Positions 1 through 13,617 of a stretch of 64,000 nucleotides of DNA are shown one piece after another. The stretch spans positions 100,952,699 through 101,016,698 of the forward strand of contig NC_092382.1 in assembly GCF_030028105.1 (NCBI RefSeq), read 5' to 3'. The stretch is from Mobula birostris. Lineage: Eukaryota. The number at the start of each line of letters is the position of its first letter. Position 1 is the first letter of the stretch. The position numbers were made by a program, and so were the translations under genes. The notes under the pieces are model-generated. The model had not been told where the DNA came from and ran no database searches. It worked only from the letters and a program-made list of their open reading frames with translations.

Positions 1-669
1 GCCCAACCGTGCCAACAAGCGAACCGAAATTTCCCAATGCTCCCCGCTCCACTTGCTTCCTCAAAGTTACTAAGGCACTGCCACAACCCCTTCCCCTGAC
101 AAATGCGCACATTACTTGAGAGTAGCCTCATCAACGCCTTCTATAACTACAACATAATGTTTCATCTCCTGTGCTCAAGTCCAGGGAAAGGAGATGCGGA
201 GTGGTTCAGGTAGGGGCGGGAGAGGGTGGTGTCATTAACGGAAGTCAGTGAAATCAATATTCATGCATCAGGCTGGAGGCTACCCGGAGGAGTATAAGAT
301 GCTGTTCCTCCGGCATTGTGTGCGTGTTACAAAGTGCATACCCCGAGACGATCAGCCCTTCTCCGCTGGTTCCACCCCCACTGCCGACTCTATCAGATCC
401 CGTCACCATCCGCTCCTCCTGCAACACTTGCTCCCGCTCTCCTGGCGGCCGGGCCGCCGACCCATTGTTGGTTTGCCAACAGTCCGGTTCAATAGGTGAA
501 ATATACTGTAAATGACAGCAATTATCAATAAATAAACGGCTGCGCAGATCGAAGCAAACAAGCCATAAATAGCAAATAAATACATAAATAGAGCAATACG
601 AAAATAAATAAATAAATCTTTAGAGAAAGAAACACCTATGTCATTAAACAGACAGACAGACAGATACAA

Positions 670-722
<53 letters not shown>

Positions 723-1223
723 AGAAACAATGTAGTGCAAACAAACGAGGTGGTGTTCATGGGTTCAAGCGCCAATCGGAAAGCAGGGGAAGAAGTTGTT
801 CCTGAATCGATGAAAATGTGTCTTCAGACCCCTGTACCTCCTCCTTGATGAGAGTAATGAGAAGAGACCCGTCCTAGGCGGCGGGGGTCGTCGATGCTGG
901 ATGCTTCCTTACTGAGGTCCGCCTGTTGAAGCTGTCTTCGATGCTGGGGAAGCTGCAGTTGTTGATGGATTCGGTGAAGTTTATCACGCTCGAAACACGT
1001 GGAAGTCTGCAAATGATGGAAATGCTGCTGGAACCGAGCGGTTCAGGGCGCAGATATGGAAACGAACATATCGGCGACGTTTCGGGCCGAGTCCCACTTC
1101 TTCATACCGCGGACTGGCCCCGCCACACCAGACGGTGACCGCAGCCGGCAATATGGCCGGAATGGGCGGGGCTTTTCCCCAGTCGCTACCTCGCACAACA
1201 CAGAGCGGGATTCCGGAGAGAGG

Positions 1224-1729
1224 ATGTTGCTGTTCCTCGTCCTGGCGCCTTTGCTTCAGCGTAAGGAATCACCTAAGACAATAATTAATACTCAATCCTT
1301 ACCCGGGTATGGGTCACTCTGTTATCGGAAAAATGTTAAACTAGAGCCAGTGCAGAAAAGATTTACCAGCGTAATGCAATGATCTGAGCGTCAAGAATCA
1401 AGGAGAGATTGTCTGGGCTAGGATTTCATTCCCAGTAAAGTCGAGGATGAGGACACAGATTTAAAACGGGACGGGGACTGATACTTTAAACCGGACGGCA
1501 CGGGATTATTAATGGGAAGCGAGAGATTGAAAGGGGACATCAGATGATGATGGTTAGTTGAAGCTAGAAATGCGCTGTAATAGATCAAATTTACTAAAAA
1601 AGACAATACATATAAATATAAATAAACGAATAGATAAACGGACGACCGCGCAGCAGAAACATTGTATTAAAAACGCGCGCGGGCGCGCGCGCACACACAC
1701 ACATACACACACAAACACATACAGAAACA

Positions 1730-1769
<40 letters not shown>

Positions 1770-2537
1770 GTATTGCAAACACCAGAGGGAAAAATTACTG
1801 AGGTCGTGTTCATACGTTCATTTTCCGATCAGAAATCTGATGGCGGAGAGGCAGAAGGTGTTCCTGAATCGCTGAGTATGTGTCTTCAGTCTCCTGTACC
1901 CCCTCCTCGATGGCAGTACTGCGAAGAGGGTATCTCCTTGGTGGTTGGGGTGGCGAGTGATGGTTGCTGCCTTTTTGAGGGTTCTCCCCTTGAAGATGCC
2001 CTCGATGCTGGAGAGGCTATTGTTGATGACGGAGCTGATTGCGTTCACCACTGTCTAAACACCGGAAACTGCTGATGCTGGAAATCTGAATCAACACACA
2101 TAATATGAGAAGGTCTGGGCGCGGACATGGAAATGAACAGACAGTTGACGTTCCCCCTCTTTCCCTTTAACCATAGATCCCACGTACACGGGTCTTTCTG
2201 TTCAGTTCACTCTCTTCACATCCCGTTCCCCTCCCCAGGAGCGACGTCGCAGTCCGTTCGCCAGGACACGCCGGTTCTCTCCAAATCTCCCGGTGAGAGC
2301 GTGGAGCTGGAATGCATTCTGGACGGCGGTAGCGGTAGCAATAATCTCTACTGGTACAGACAATATCCGGGTAGGGAGATTCAGTACATGTTTTATTCCG
2401 GGTATACCGACATCGTAAATCCGGAAGGGGCTGTGGACGGCTTCATCGCCCGGAGACCCGATGCAAATAGATTCATTCTCAACTCCACCAGCCTGCGCCC
2501 GAACCAGTCGGCCGTCTACTACTGCGCCTGGAGTACT
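1224..2537 (+). CDS. TRBV: TCR beta V segment V1 (family A, TRBV30-like); leader 1224-1260, V exon 2239-2537
   Basis: Leader MLLFLVLAPLLQ with GTAAGG donor splices in phase 1 to CCCCAG acceptor: ATSQSVRQDTP..C..WYRQ..YYCAWST. RSS is CACAGTG 2538-2544, 23-nt spacer, ACAAAAACC 2568-2576. The leader appears to come from an upstream paralog (see findings). Confidence 0.88.
1800..2055 (-). mobile_element. Rex1/Babar-type LINE 3' relic (other copies near 760-1000, 8830-9085, 16860-17110, 26690-26940, 35085-35340)
   Basis: Minus translation LSSIEGIFKGRTLKKAATITRHPNHQGDTLFAVLPSRRGYRRLKTHTQRFRNTF..SAIRFL resembles the Rex1/Babar C-terminus. Confidence 0.7.
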
Positions 2538-3039
2538 CACAGTGGCTCAGAGACACACCGGGGCCCGACAAAAACCTTCGCAGGCGACAGGAAGCAGGTG
2601 AGTGTGAGAACCATTGATCTGCATTGCACTGAGCACGCACAAGATTGTTGAAAATCACGTGCAAGGCATCATTAGCAAGTCTGCAGGTGACACTGAGAAG
2701 CAGTGGTATCGTTCCAGATTAACTCGAGGTGCCAGGATCAAAACGACCTATCGAGCTGTTGCCAAAGGAGGAGACAGTGACTTGAGGAAACGAATCCTTA
2801 CATGGGAGTGGTGAAGACTCCGGGGCGGCACGGTAGAGGAGCGTAGCGGGTAACGTGAGGATATTAACGCGCTCGCATTTATTTCCGCCGGGACCTTGTG
2901 GGCTTCCTCCGGTTTTCCCACATATTCGCAAACATTCATACATTACCAAGACTGACTGAGACGGTTTGATCAAAGTGAAAATCAATTGCGGGGCCGGACA
3001 AAGCAAGAGAAGCTGAGAAACGGGCAGAAGTTTTGGGAA

Positions 3040-3365
3040 GTTAGAGTGGGATATGATTTTCAACGTGAATGTTGGAGAACTGGGTAGTGTTGTGGAACAG
3101 AGGGACCATGGAGAGGAGATAAAAGGTTCATGGAAGGTGGAGTCACAAGTAGACGGGGCGGCGAGGAAGGCGTTTGACACGCAGACCCTCGTCAGTCAGG
3201 ACACTGAGTACTGAAGGCGGGAGGTTATGTTGCAATTGTACAAGGCTTCGGTGCGTTCGCACTTGGAGTACAGTGTTAATGTTTGGACGTTCCGCTGTAG
3301 CGAAAGATGCCACTGAGCTGAGGGAGAGGGAGATTTACGAGGATGCTGCCTGGATGGAGACAGAC
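3040..3365 (+). mobile_element. Old CR1 relic 3' of family A genes (paralogous copies near 11140, 19167, 28775, 37015)
   Basis: Degenerate LGSVVEQRD.G...LYK..VR.HLEY.V.. translation at the same position in all five cassettes. Confidence 0.7.
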
Positions 3366-4285
3366 CACTAATGGAGTTCTTGCCAACTGACGGGACAGTG
3401 ATCTGGAGAAACGTATTCTCACATGGGAGTGGAGGGTGGAAAGTGCCGGCACGGTCGAGTGGCGTTACGGTGAACGAGACGCTGTTTCTGCTCTCCGATT
3501 CAGTTCCGCGGCTGTCTGTAAGGAGTTTGCACACTCTCCAGGTAACCTCTTGGGCGTCCTCCTGTTTAATCACACATTCACACAGCTTCCTACATTTTAA
3601 AGACGTTCGGGTGGGTAGGACTGATCACATGAGCCGGGAGGCCTGCGACCGTGCTGTTAAAATAAAACCAATAAAATATGATCATCTTCTTACAATGACG
3701 ATATGATCAAATGATTTTTGCGGGGCAAGTTTTTTGCATTTTCAACACAGAGTGTAGTGGGAGGCTGAAATTTGTTGCGAGGGGTGGTGGTGGTGTTGAA
3801 GGCAGATACGACAGAGGCTCATTAACAACACGAGTCCAGATAGTAAGCAATGCAACGCTACTGAAGCTTCATGGGTGATGAGATCTTGGTGGTGGCAGAG
3901 AGTTCAGTAGTCATATGGCGTTGGGGAAGGAGCTGTTTCTCTTCCGAACAGTTCTTGTCCAAGATGTGCGGGGCAAGTTTCATTGCACAGAGAGCGGTGC
4001 TGTCTGAAAAGCCCTGATAGTGGTGGTGGAGGTGTCGGGTGTGATAAGAGACAGATGAACATATACACGAACGAGGAGAGAATGGAGGAACGTGGACCGT
4101 ATGCAGACAGGCTTAGCTTAAGTTGCATAATTTTCTGTACTGTTCCGGTACGAAATTTCTTCTGCGGTCAATCATACGACTTTTGGGTGTGCCGTGACCG
4201 CAGGGCAAACGTCATTTCCTGTTCTCCCCACCTTGTCGGCGGTGGAGGTGTTTGTCGCGTCGGCCCATTTCTGCCAGTCACTGTG

Positions 4286-4987
4286 TCGACTCCAGGCGCA
4301 GAGGTACAGGGGCGATTGATTGGCCCGGAGGTCGTCGGTTTTCAGAATGAACGTTTTTTCATCAGGTCTCTTGGCGATGAATCCCTCCACGGCTTTGTCC
4401 GGAGTTACAAAGTTCGTGCCAGCCGATTCGAACAGGTAACGTGGAGCCTCTCCCGCGTATTGCCGGTACCAGAACATGTATGGATCGCTATTGCCTCCGG
4501 ATAGCGTGCAGCTCAGTTGGACATCCTTCCCTGGAGGCGCGGAGACAGCCGGCGGAGTCTGATGGAACTTCTGCGAATTCGCGTCTGGCCAAAGACAGGG
4601 AGAAGAGATCGGTCAGTGAGCAGGGGCAGCCGGAGACAGAGGAGAGAAGAAATGGTTAACGAGGGGTGAATAAGGGAAAGCAGAGGGCCGACCGCGCAAA
4701 AGAACACCTGCTCTCCATTCGGTCCGCGACTACTTGCTAGCCCCTGCTTAGCTGTAGATGTAGACTGGCCAAGGCACTATTTATTTCTCAAGCTACTCTT
4801 GAAGCTAATAAACAGTTTAATGTACTAAAATATCAAATATTCAGGCGATGACGGAATTGGATGGAAATGTAAATCTTAAAGAGTTGTGGAATTCAAGATA
4901 TCCTTGGCTGAAATGTCGAGTATCGAGGTGGAGGTACTTACCGGGGTAGTTGAAAATAAGACCCAGAAAAGGGGCAAGGAGTCTCAT
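4286..4987 (-). CDS. TRBV: TCR beta V segment V2 (family B); leader 4987-4942, V exon 4584-4286
   Basis: Leader MRLLAPFLGLIFNYP with GTAAGT donor; exon ANSQKFHQTP..SCTL..WYRQ..YLCAWSR is open. RSS is CACAGTG 4285-4279, 23 nt, ACAAACACC 4255-4247. Confidence 0.88.
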
Positions 4988-5522
4988 TTTGGGAATTTGG
5001 TTGCGGCGTGTGCGTCCGACGTGGGCTCTTGTCTCAGTGTCTGATCTCAGTGGACTAGGAGAAGCGCGGAGTCAGTGAGTTGGATGAGCTCTCAGTCCAG
5101 ACCCCACCCGATCGATGCAGGATGTGGGCTGCGGCCAAGCGCAGACAATGTGAGCAAACGCGGGATGTGATTGGCTCGCCGTCGCCCAATGATCTGCGGA
5201 GAATGCGAATGGGCGTGAGGTTGTTTCAAAGGCTCCTTGTGCTTGTTCGCCGCTCGGATGCAGATAGTGTAAATACAAACAGGGTTTATCCCCTGAGGTT
5301 GGGTGAGACTACAACCCGAGGTGACATGAAGAGGAAACTCGGGAAGCGAGGGAAGAATAGCGAGAGGTGAGAGCGAAAGCTAAAAAAGAAAGAAAGAACA
5401 AGAGAGTGTGAGATAGATAGCGAAGACAGTAAATACTTGTTCCTTTCCAAACCGATCGGCAGCTGTTTCCTGTCACGTTAGAAGGTTTTTGTTGAGCGCC
5501 GGTGTGTCCCCGAGTCACTGTG

Positions 5523-6682
5523 AGGACTCCACCCGCAGAAGTAGACGGCCGAGTGGTTCGGCAGCACGCCGGGAGAGGTCAGAATGAACGTCTCGGCATT
5601 CGGTCTCCGGGCGGTGAATCCATCCACGGCCTCCTGAGGGGAGACGGTGTTGGCAGCCCCGGAGTAAAAGAGGTTGTGAATCTCCTTCCCAGGGTATTGT
5701 CTGTACCAGTAGAAGGCGTTACCGCTGCTGCTGCCCTTTCTGAGGCACCTCAGAGTCACACTTTCCCCGGGATGCTCGGTGAGGGCCAGTGGAGTCTGAA
5801 CGATGGCCTGCGGGCTCACACCTGGAACTGAGACGGGGAGAAGGGGAAGGTCAATAATCTACAGAACGGGAGAAGATTCGGGAAAACCGAGGAGCGGGGA
5901 GCGGATGGAGGGTGGGGTTAGACGGACCGCGTTGAGAGGCGGAATAGCTGAGGAGCGGAAGTGATATATGGGAATGGTCAGTAAATTGAAGGATGGTTGG
6001 AGATCTGTGAAACAAAAGCTCTGGGTCCAGAAGACAGACAATACGATAGGTAGACTGATAAGACNNNNNNNNNNNNNNNNNNNNNNNNNNNNNNNNNNNN
6101 NNNNNNNNNNNNNNNNNNNNNNNNNNNNNNNNNNNNNNNNNNNNNNNNNNNNNNNNNNNNNNNNNNNNNNNNNNNNNNNNNNNNNNNNNNNNNNNNNNNN
6201 NNNNNNNNNNNNNNNNNNNNTTTGAAAGAGAGATATGTAGTAAGAATTGGACAAAGGCAAGAGGGAAAGAGAGTCAGAGAATAAAGAAGAACAGATGAAG
6301 AGGAAGATACAGAGATAAAATATTGCCCAGATAAATCGCGAAAATGAGATAGAAAGACAGAGAAAGTGAAGAAGAGTAAGGGAGAAAGGGAGAAAGGGAG
6401 AGGGAGAAATAGGCAGATGGGTATAGACAGAGAATGGAAAGGGATGACTGCGTCAAGTGGATAAGGAAGGGAAGAAAACAATAAAACATGTTTGGTGATT
6501 GAAATGCAATAAGGAAAAAAAACACAACAGTGGACAAAAAAATAGGAACGGTAGAAAGAAAACACAATGAAAAAATGAGGGTGGAGATCGAACGAAAACG
6601 ATAGATAATAGGTTGTGGAATTATTAAAAGAGGTCGACATTTTACCGTGAAGCCAGATTATCAACTGGAGAAACTGCAGCAT
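5523..6682 (-). CDS. TRBV: TCR beta V segment V3 (family C); leader 6682-6646, V exon 5821-5523
   Basis: Leader MLQFLQLIIWLH; exon VSPQAIVQTP..LRCL..WYRQ..YFCGWSP is open. Consensus RSS CACAGTG 5522-5516, 23 nt, ACAAAAACC 5492-5484. The intron contains an N gap. Confidence 0.88.
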
Positions 6683-7087
6683 ATTTCACTCAAAGGTTTG
6701 ACTTCACGCTTCCGAGAGGCCTTCGAGAGTGAAATAAGTTCGGACAGGAGGCCCCGCCCTTTCCAGCCTGATGGACGGACGTCCGCGCACTGCTATTGGC
6801 TGTTTTGCTCTTCCCGTTCTGAAGGGCGGGATCGGGGAAGGCGGAGCGGAGTAGAGGGACCGGCTGCGCTCTGCTTCACTGACTACGGGTCGAGCAGTGT
6901 GTGAGATCGGCCGGGGATTGCTCTGAGGAGGGGCGAGGTGGTTTGTGATGTGAGGAACAGAAGAATATTGATTTTTATTTCTCAGATCAGCCAGATAAGA
7001 AACAAAGCACATACCCAGGAAACCACGAATTAATGGTCAGAGGGCTATCTCAGGGCGATTAGGACGGAGAGAAAGAGGCAGAGAGAG

Positions 7088-7129
<42 letters not shown>

Positions 7130-7911
7130 AGAGATTGTGAGAGATAGAGAGATTGATGGAGAGAGAGAGGGTGGAGAGAGGGAGATTGAGAGAGCTGGAA
7201 ACAAAGACGCGGCTTTAATGCGAACAGTATTTTAAGGAAAGAACAGAAAAGCATGAACGCAAGGTAAAACAGAGCTATTAACTAAAACTCTCACACATGA
7301 AACGAGATGCGAATACCGCGTCCGAAACGAATATCCAAGCGTAAACAGAATACCGGTGGTCCTCAGAGTCAGTCCACTGTTCTCACGGAAGGCCAAATGC
7401 AAGCCGGCAGCGTAGCGTTGCTGTGCTTTGCTCGAGTATCGACAAGAGCTACAACGACAAGTAGGGAGTTAAATATCGCCGTGATAAGGTAATTATCTGA
7501 CACGTACATATCCACGAGCACAGTTATCGCATCTGCTGTGCAACCGAGTCCTGGTTGTGACAGGGCTCCCGCATCCTTCCTTTGTCTTGTTTGGTGGAAA
7601 CCTAACGGACTCTCCTCTGTCCAGCTCTTCATTCTAACCATGACCCGTTGTAAGCAATGACAACCTGTTGCACTTCGCGCAACACGGCCAAGCTTCGCGT
7701 TTCCCTCAGATATCGATACCGCTTGTCTGAGTCACTGCTTTACATCCTCGTGAATCTGAGAATACAAGGATTGTCGTCTTTTGGATGGTGTCGGACGTTT
7801 GGCATTCATTTTGATAGAAGGACATAATGTGCAGAGGGACAGGATAGGGACCAAATAGAAATCCCCTTTGAGAAGCTATGGGTCACCTTCATTGCATTGG
7901 GCACGGTGCTG

Positions 7912-7927
7912 TAGCGCCCTCCGCTGG
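7912..7927 (-). promoter_or_regulatory. CTCF-like motif between divergent C and A promoters
   Basis: CCAGCGGAGGGCGCTA on the minus strand; identical copies at 15929-15944 and 25883-25898. Confidence 0.6.
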
Positions 7928-9351
7928 ACGGATGTATAAAATCAAGTAAATTCTAACCCACTTGCTCCCCAAGCAGAATCATAAATCAGAACGGCACAGA
8001 TACTGGCCCAACCGTGCCAACAAGCGAACCGGAATTTCCCAATGCTCCCCACTCCACTTGCTTCCTCAATTTTACTAAGGCACTGCCACAACCCCTTCCC
8101 CTGACAAATGCGCACATTACTTCAGAGTAGCCTCATCAACGCCTTATATAACTACAGCATAATGTTTCATCTCCTGTGCTCAAAGTCCAGGGAAAAGGAG
8201 ATGCGGAGTGGTTCAGGTGGGGGCGGGAGATGATTGTGTCATTACCGGAAGTCAGTGAAATCAATATTCATGCATCTGGCTCGAGGCTACCCAAAGGAGT
8301 ATAAGATGCTGTTCCTCCGGCATTGTGTGCGTGTTACAAAGTGCATACCCGAGACGATCAGCATCGACTGGCACTGACAGCCCTTCTCCGCTGAATCCAC
8401 CCCCACTCCCGACTCTATCAGATCCCGTCACCATCCGCTCCTCCTGCAACACTTGCTCCCGCTCTTCTGGCGGCCGGGCCGCCGAGCCATTGTTGGTTTG
8501 CCAGCAGTCCGGTTCAATAGGTGAAATATACTGTAAATGACAGCAATTATAAATAAATAAACGACTGCTCAGATCAACAAACAAACAAACAATAAATAGC
8601 AAATAAATACATCAATAGAACAATGCGGAAATAAAGAAATGAATCGTTAGAGAAAGAAGCACGTATGTCATTAAACAGATAGNNNNNNNNNNNNNNNNNN
8701 NNNNNNNNNNNNNNNNNNNNNNNNNNNNNNNNNNNNNNNNNNNNNNNNNNNNNNNNNNNNNNNNNNNNNNNNNNNNNNNNNNNNNNNNNNNNNNNNNNNN
8801 NNNNNNNNNNNNNNNNNNNNGGGAAAAATACTGAAGCAGTGTTGATACGTTCATTTTCCGATCAGAAATCTGATGGCGGAGGGGCAGAAGGTGTTCCTGA
8901 ATCGCTGAGTATGTGTCTTCAGTCTCCTGTACCCCCTCCTCGATGGCAGCACTGCGAAGAGGGTATCTCCTTGGTGGTTGGGGTCGCGAGTGATGGTTGC
9001 TGCCTTTTTGAGGTTTCTCTCCTTGAAGATGCCCTCGATGCTGGAGAAGCTATTGCTGATGACGGATGTGATTGCGTTCACCACTGTCTAAACACCGGAA
9101 ACTGCTGATGCTGGAAATCTGAATCAACACACATAATATGAGAAGGTCTGGGCGCGGACATGGAAATGAACAGACAGTTGACGTTTCCTGCAGACACCCA
9201 CCTCTTCAGCATTTTCCGATACTGCCGATTGGCCCCTCCACACCAGACGGTGACTGCAGGCGGCAATTTGCCCGGATGGGGCGGGGAATAGACGAGGCGT
9301 TTCTCCCCAGTCGCCACCTCGCACAACACAGAGAGGGATTCCGGAGAGAGG

Positions 9352-10632
9352 ATGTTGCTGTTACTGGTCCTGGCGCCGTTGCTTCAACGTAAGAAATAAT
9401 CTAACACAACAATTAATCTTCAATCATTAACCAGGTTTGGGTCACTATATTATCGGAAAGATGTTAAAATAGAACGAGTGCAGAAAAGATTTACCAGGGT
9501 AATGCAATGGTCTGAGTGTCCAAGAATCAAGGAGAAATTGCCCGGACTAGGATTTCATTCCCAGCAAAATCGAGGATGCGGACACAGATTTAAAATGGGA
9601 CGGGAACTGTACTGTACTTAAAACGGGACGGCACGGGATTATGAATGGGAGTCGAGAGATTGAAAGGGGACATCAGATGATGATGGTTAGTTGTTGCTAG
9701 AAATAATGACGGACATGTTAACAAAGTTTAAATATCATCTACTTATACAGAAGTGCATCGATAGGAGAGGGTCACAGGGCGATTGGCTGGACACGGTCAG
9801 CTGGGACGGTCTCGGTTGTAAACAGTGACACCATGGCCGGGTTCGGCTGAAGGGGTCCGTTCCCATGGCGATGTCAAAGTTAAATTCCAGTTTATTGTGT
9901 TTGACCAACTTACGGGCGGCAGCATCAAATGCACAGAACACCAGACGAGCAACATTCACGGGGAAAAACGACGTCAATATAAACTATTCACGACTAAAGG
10001 TCAAACCAGTTCAGTTTCAGTTTAAAAAGATCAAGATGGTCCCGGTGTTGCTGAACTGCAGTAATCCATGACCTGTCGTTTGGATACCGAATGAGTCAAG
10101 GAACTTAGAGATAATTATCATATTAATATTTTATGCTGTTTAGAACGTATATATTGCTATTTTTAGCAAATTCTTTCGCGTTATTTACCACTGACCGAAT
10201 TCCTCGAAATCTGCTCAAACTGATCGCCTCGTTCGTTTTCCCCTACACTCTGTCCTTCCCTTTAACCACAGATCCCACGTACACGGGTCTTTCTGTTCAT
10301 TTAACTCTCTCCACATCCCGTTCCCCTCCCCAGGAGCGACGTCGCAGTCCGTTCGCCAGGACACGCCGGCTCTGTCCAAATCTCCCGGCGAGAGCGTGGA
10401 GCTGAAATGCATCCTGGACGGCGGTAGCGCTAGCAATTATCTCTACTGGTACAGACAATATCCGGGAAAGGAGATTCAGTACATGTTTCATTCCACAACG
10501 ATCAAAACCGTCAGTACGGAGGAGGCTGTGGACGGCTTCACTGCACGGAGACCCGATGCAAACACGTTCATTCTCAACTCCACCAGCCTGCGCCCGGACC
10601 AGTCGGCTGTCTACCACTGCGCCTGGAGTACT
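9352..10632 (+). CDS. TRBV: TCR beta V segment V4 (family A); leader 9352-9388, V exon 10334-10632
   Basis: Leader MLLLLVLAPLLQ; exon open, ending VYHCAWST. RSS is CACAGTG 10633-10639, 23 nt, ACAAAAACC 10663-10671. Confidence 0.9.
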
Positions 10633-12384
10633 CACAGTGGCTCAGAGACAAGCCGGGGCCCGACAAAAACCTTCGCAGTCGACAGGAAGCAGGTGAGTGT
10701 GAGAACCATTGATCTGCATTGCACTGAACACGCACAAGATTGTTGAAAAACACGTGCAAGGCAGCATTAGCAAGTCTGCAGGTGACACTGAGAAGCAGTG
10801 GTATCGTTCCAGATTAGATCGAGGTGCGAGGGTGAAAACGACCTATCGAGCTGTTGCCAAAGGAGGAGACAGTGAATTGAGGAAACGAATCCTCACATGG
10901 GAGCGGTGAAGAATCCGGGGCGGCACGGTAAAGGAGCGTAGCGGGTAACGTCACAATATTAACGCGCTCGCATTCATTTCCACCGTGACCACACGGGCTT
11001 CCTCCGGTTTTCCCGCATAATCGCAAACATTCGTACATTACAAAGACTGACTGAGACGGTTTGATCAAAGTGAAAATCAATTACAGGGCCGGACAAAACA
11101 AGAGAAGCTGTCGAAACGGGCAGAAGTTTTGGGAAGTTAGAATGGGATATGATTTTCAACGTGAATGTTGGAGAACTGGGTAGTGTTGTGGAACAGAGGG
11201 ACCATGGAGAGGAGGTAAAAGGTTCATGGAAGGTGGAGTCACAAGTAGACGGGGCGGCGAGGAAGGCGTTTACACGCAGACCCTCGTCAGTCAGGACACT
11301 GAGTACGGCAGGCGGGAGGTTATGCTGCAATTGTACGAGACTGAGGTCAGTTCGCATTTGGAGTACAGTGTTAATGTTTGGACGTCCCGCTGCAGCGAAA
11401 GGTGCCACTGAGCTGAGGGAGAGGGAGATTGACGAGGATGCTGCCTGGATGGAGACAGACCACTAATCGAGCTCTTGCCAGCTGACGGGACAGTGATCTG
11501 GAGAAACGTATTCTCACATGGGAGTGGAGGGTGGTAAGTGCCGGCACGGTGGAGTGGCATTACGGTGAACGAGACGCTGTTTCTGCTCTCCGATTCAGTT
11601 CCGCGGCTGTCTGTAAGGAGTTTGCACACTCTCCAGGTAACCTCTTGGGCGTCCTCCTGTTTAATCACACATTCACACAGCTTCCTACAATTTAAAGACG
11701 TGCGGGTGGGTAGGACTGATCACATGAGCCGGGAGGCCTGCTACCGTGCTGTTTCCCTCAATATAACCAGTAAAATATGAACATCATCTTACAATGACGA
11801 TGTGATCAAATGATTTTTGCGGGGCAAGTTGTTTGCATTTTCAACACAGAGTGTGGTGGGAGGCTGAAATTTGTTGCGAGGGGTGGTGGTGGTGTTGAAG
11901 GCAGATACGACAGAGGCTCATTAACAACACGAGTCCAGATAGTAAGCAATGCAACGCTACTGAAGCTTCATGGGTGATGAGATCTTGGTGGTGGCAGAGA
12001 GTTCAGTAGTCATATGGCGTTGGGGAAGGAGCTGTTTCTCTTCCGAACAGTTCTTGTCCAAGATGTGCGGGGCAAGTTTCATTGCACAGAGAGCGGTGCT
12101 GTCTGAAAAGCCCTGATAGTGGTGGTGGAGGTGTCGGGTGTGATAAGAGACAGATGAACATATACACGAACGAGGAGAGAATGGAGGAACGTGGACCGTA
12201 TGCAGACAGGCTTAGCTTAAGTTGCATAATTTTCTGTACTGTTCCGGTACGAAATTTCTTCTGCGGTCAATCATACGACTTTTGGGTGTGCCGTGACCGC
12301 AGGGCAAACGTCATTTCCTGTTCTCCCCACCTTGTCGGCGGTGGAGGTGTTTGTCGCGTCGGCCCATTTCTGCCAGTCACTGTG

Positions 12385-13075
12385 TCGACTCCAGGCGCAG
12401 AGGTACAGGGGCGATTGATTGGCCCGGAGGTCGTCGGTTTTCAGAATGAACGTTTTTTCATCAGGCCTCTTGGCGATGAATCCCTCCACGGCTTTGTCCG
12501 GAGTTACAAAGTTCGTGCCAGCCGATTCGAACAGGTAACGTGGAGCCTCTCCCGCGTATTGCCGGTACCAGAACATGTATGGATCGCTATTGCCTCCGGA
12601 TAGCGTGCAGCTCAGTTGGACATCCTTCCCTGGAGGCGCGGAGACAGCCGGCGGAGTCTGATGGAACTTCTGCGAATTCGCGTCTGGCCAAAGACAGGGA
12701 GAAGAGATCGGTCAGTGAGCAGGGGCAGCCGGAGACAGAGGAGAGAAGAAATGGTTAATAAGGGAAAGCAGAGGGCCGACCGCGCAAAAGAACACCTGCT
12801 CTCCATTCGGTCCGCGACTACTTGCTAGCCCCTGCTTAGCTGTAGATGTAGACTGGCCAAGGCACTATTTATTTCTCAAGCTACTCTTGAAGCTAATAAA
12901 CAGTTTAATGTACTAAAATATCAAATATTCAGGCGATGACGGAATTGGATGGAAATGTAAATCTTAAAGAGTTGTGGAACTCAAGATATCCTTGGCTGAA
13001 ATGTCGAGTATCGAGGTGGAGGTACTTACCGGGGTAGTTGAAAATAAGACCCAGAAAAGGGGCAAGGAGTCTCAT
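12385..13075 (-). CDS. TRBV: TCR beta V segment V5 (family B), near-identical to V2; leader 13075-13030, V exon 12683-12385
   Basis: Same translation as V2. RSS is CACAGTG 12384-12378, 23 nt, ACAAACACC 12354-12346. Confidence 0.88.
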
Positions 13076-13617
13076 TTTGGGAATTTGGTTGCGGCGTGTG
13101 CGCCCGACGTGGGCTCTTGTCTCAGTGTCTGATCTCAGTGGACTAGGAGAAGCGCGGAGTCAGTGAGTTGGATGAGCTCTCAGTCCAGCCCCCACCCGAT
13201 CGATGCAGGATGTGGGCTGCGGCCAAGCGCAGACAATGTGAGCAAACGCGGGATGTGATTGGCTCGCCGTCGCCCAATGATCTGCGGAGAATGCGAATGG
13301 GCGTGAGGTTGTTTCAAAGGCGTGGCGCTCCTTGTGCTTGTTCGCCGCTCGGATGCAGATAGTGTAAATACAAACAGGGTTTATCCCCTGAGGTTGGGTG
13401 AGACTACAACCCGAGGTGACATGAAGAGGAAACTCGGGAAGCGAGGGAAGAATAGCGAGAGGTGAGAGCGAAAGCTAAAAAAGAAAGAAAGAACAAGAGA
13501 GTGTGAGATAGATAGCGAAGACAGTAAATACTTGTTCCTTTCCAAACCGATCGGCAGCTGTTTCCTGTCACGTTAGAAGGTTTTTGTTGAGCGCCGGTGT
13601 GTCCCCGAGTCACTGTG

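Noticed and set aside
1675-1770. Z-DNA or G-quadruplex tracts ((CG)n(CA)n here and at 42541-42565; G runs at 44830-44865 and 54868-54897) as functional recombination elements
   Set aside because: They are common simple repeats with no consistent position relative to RSSs.
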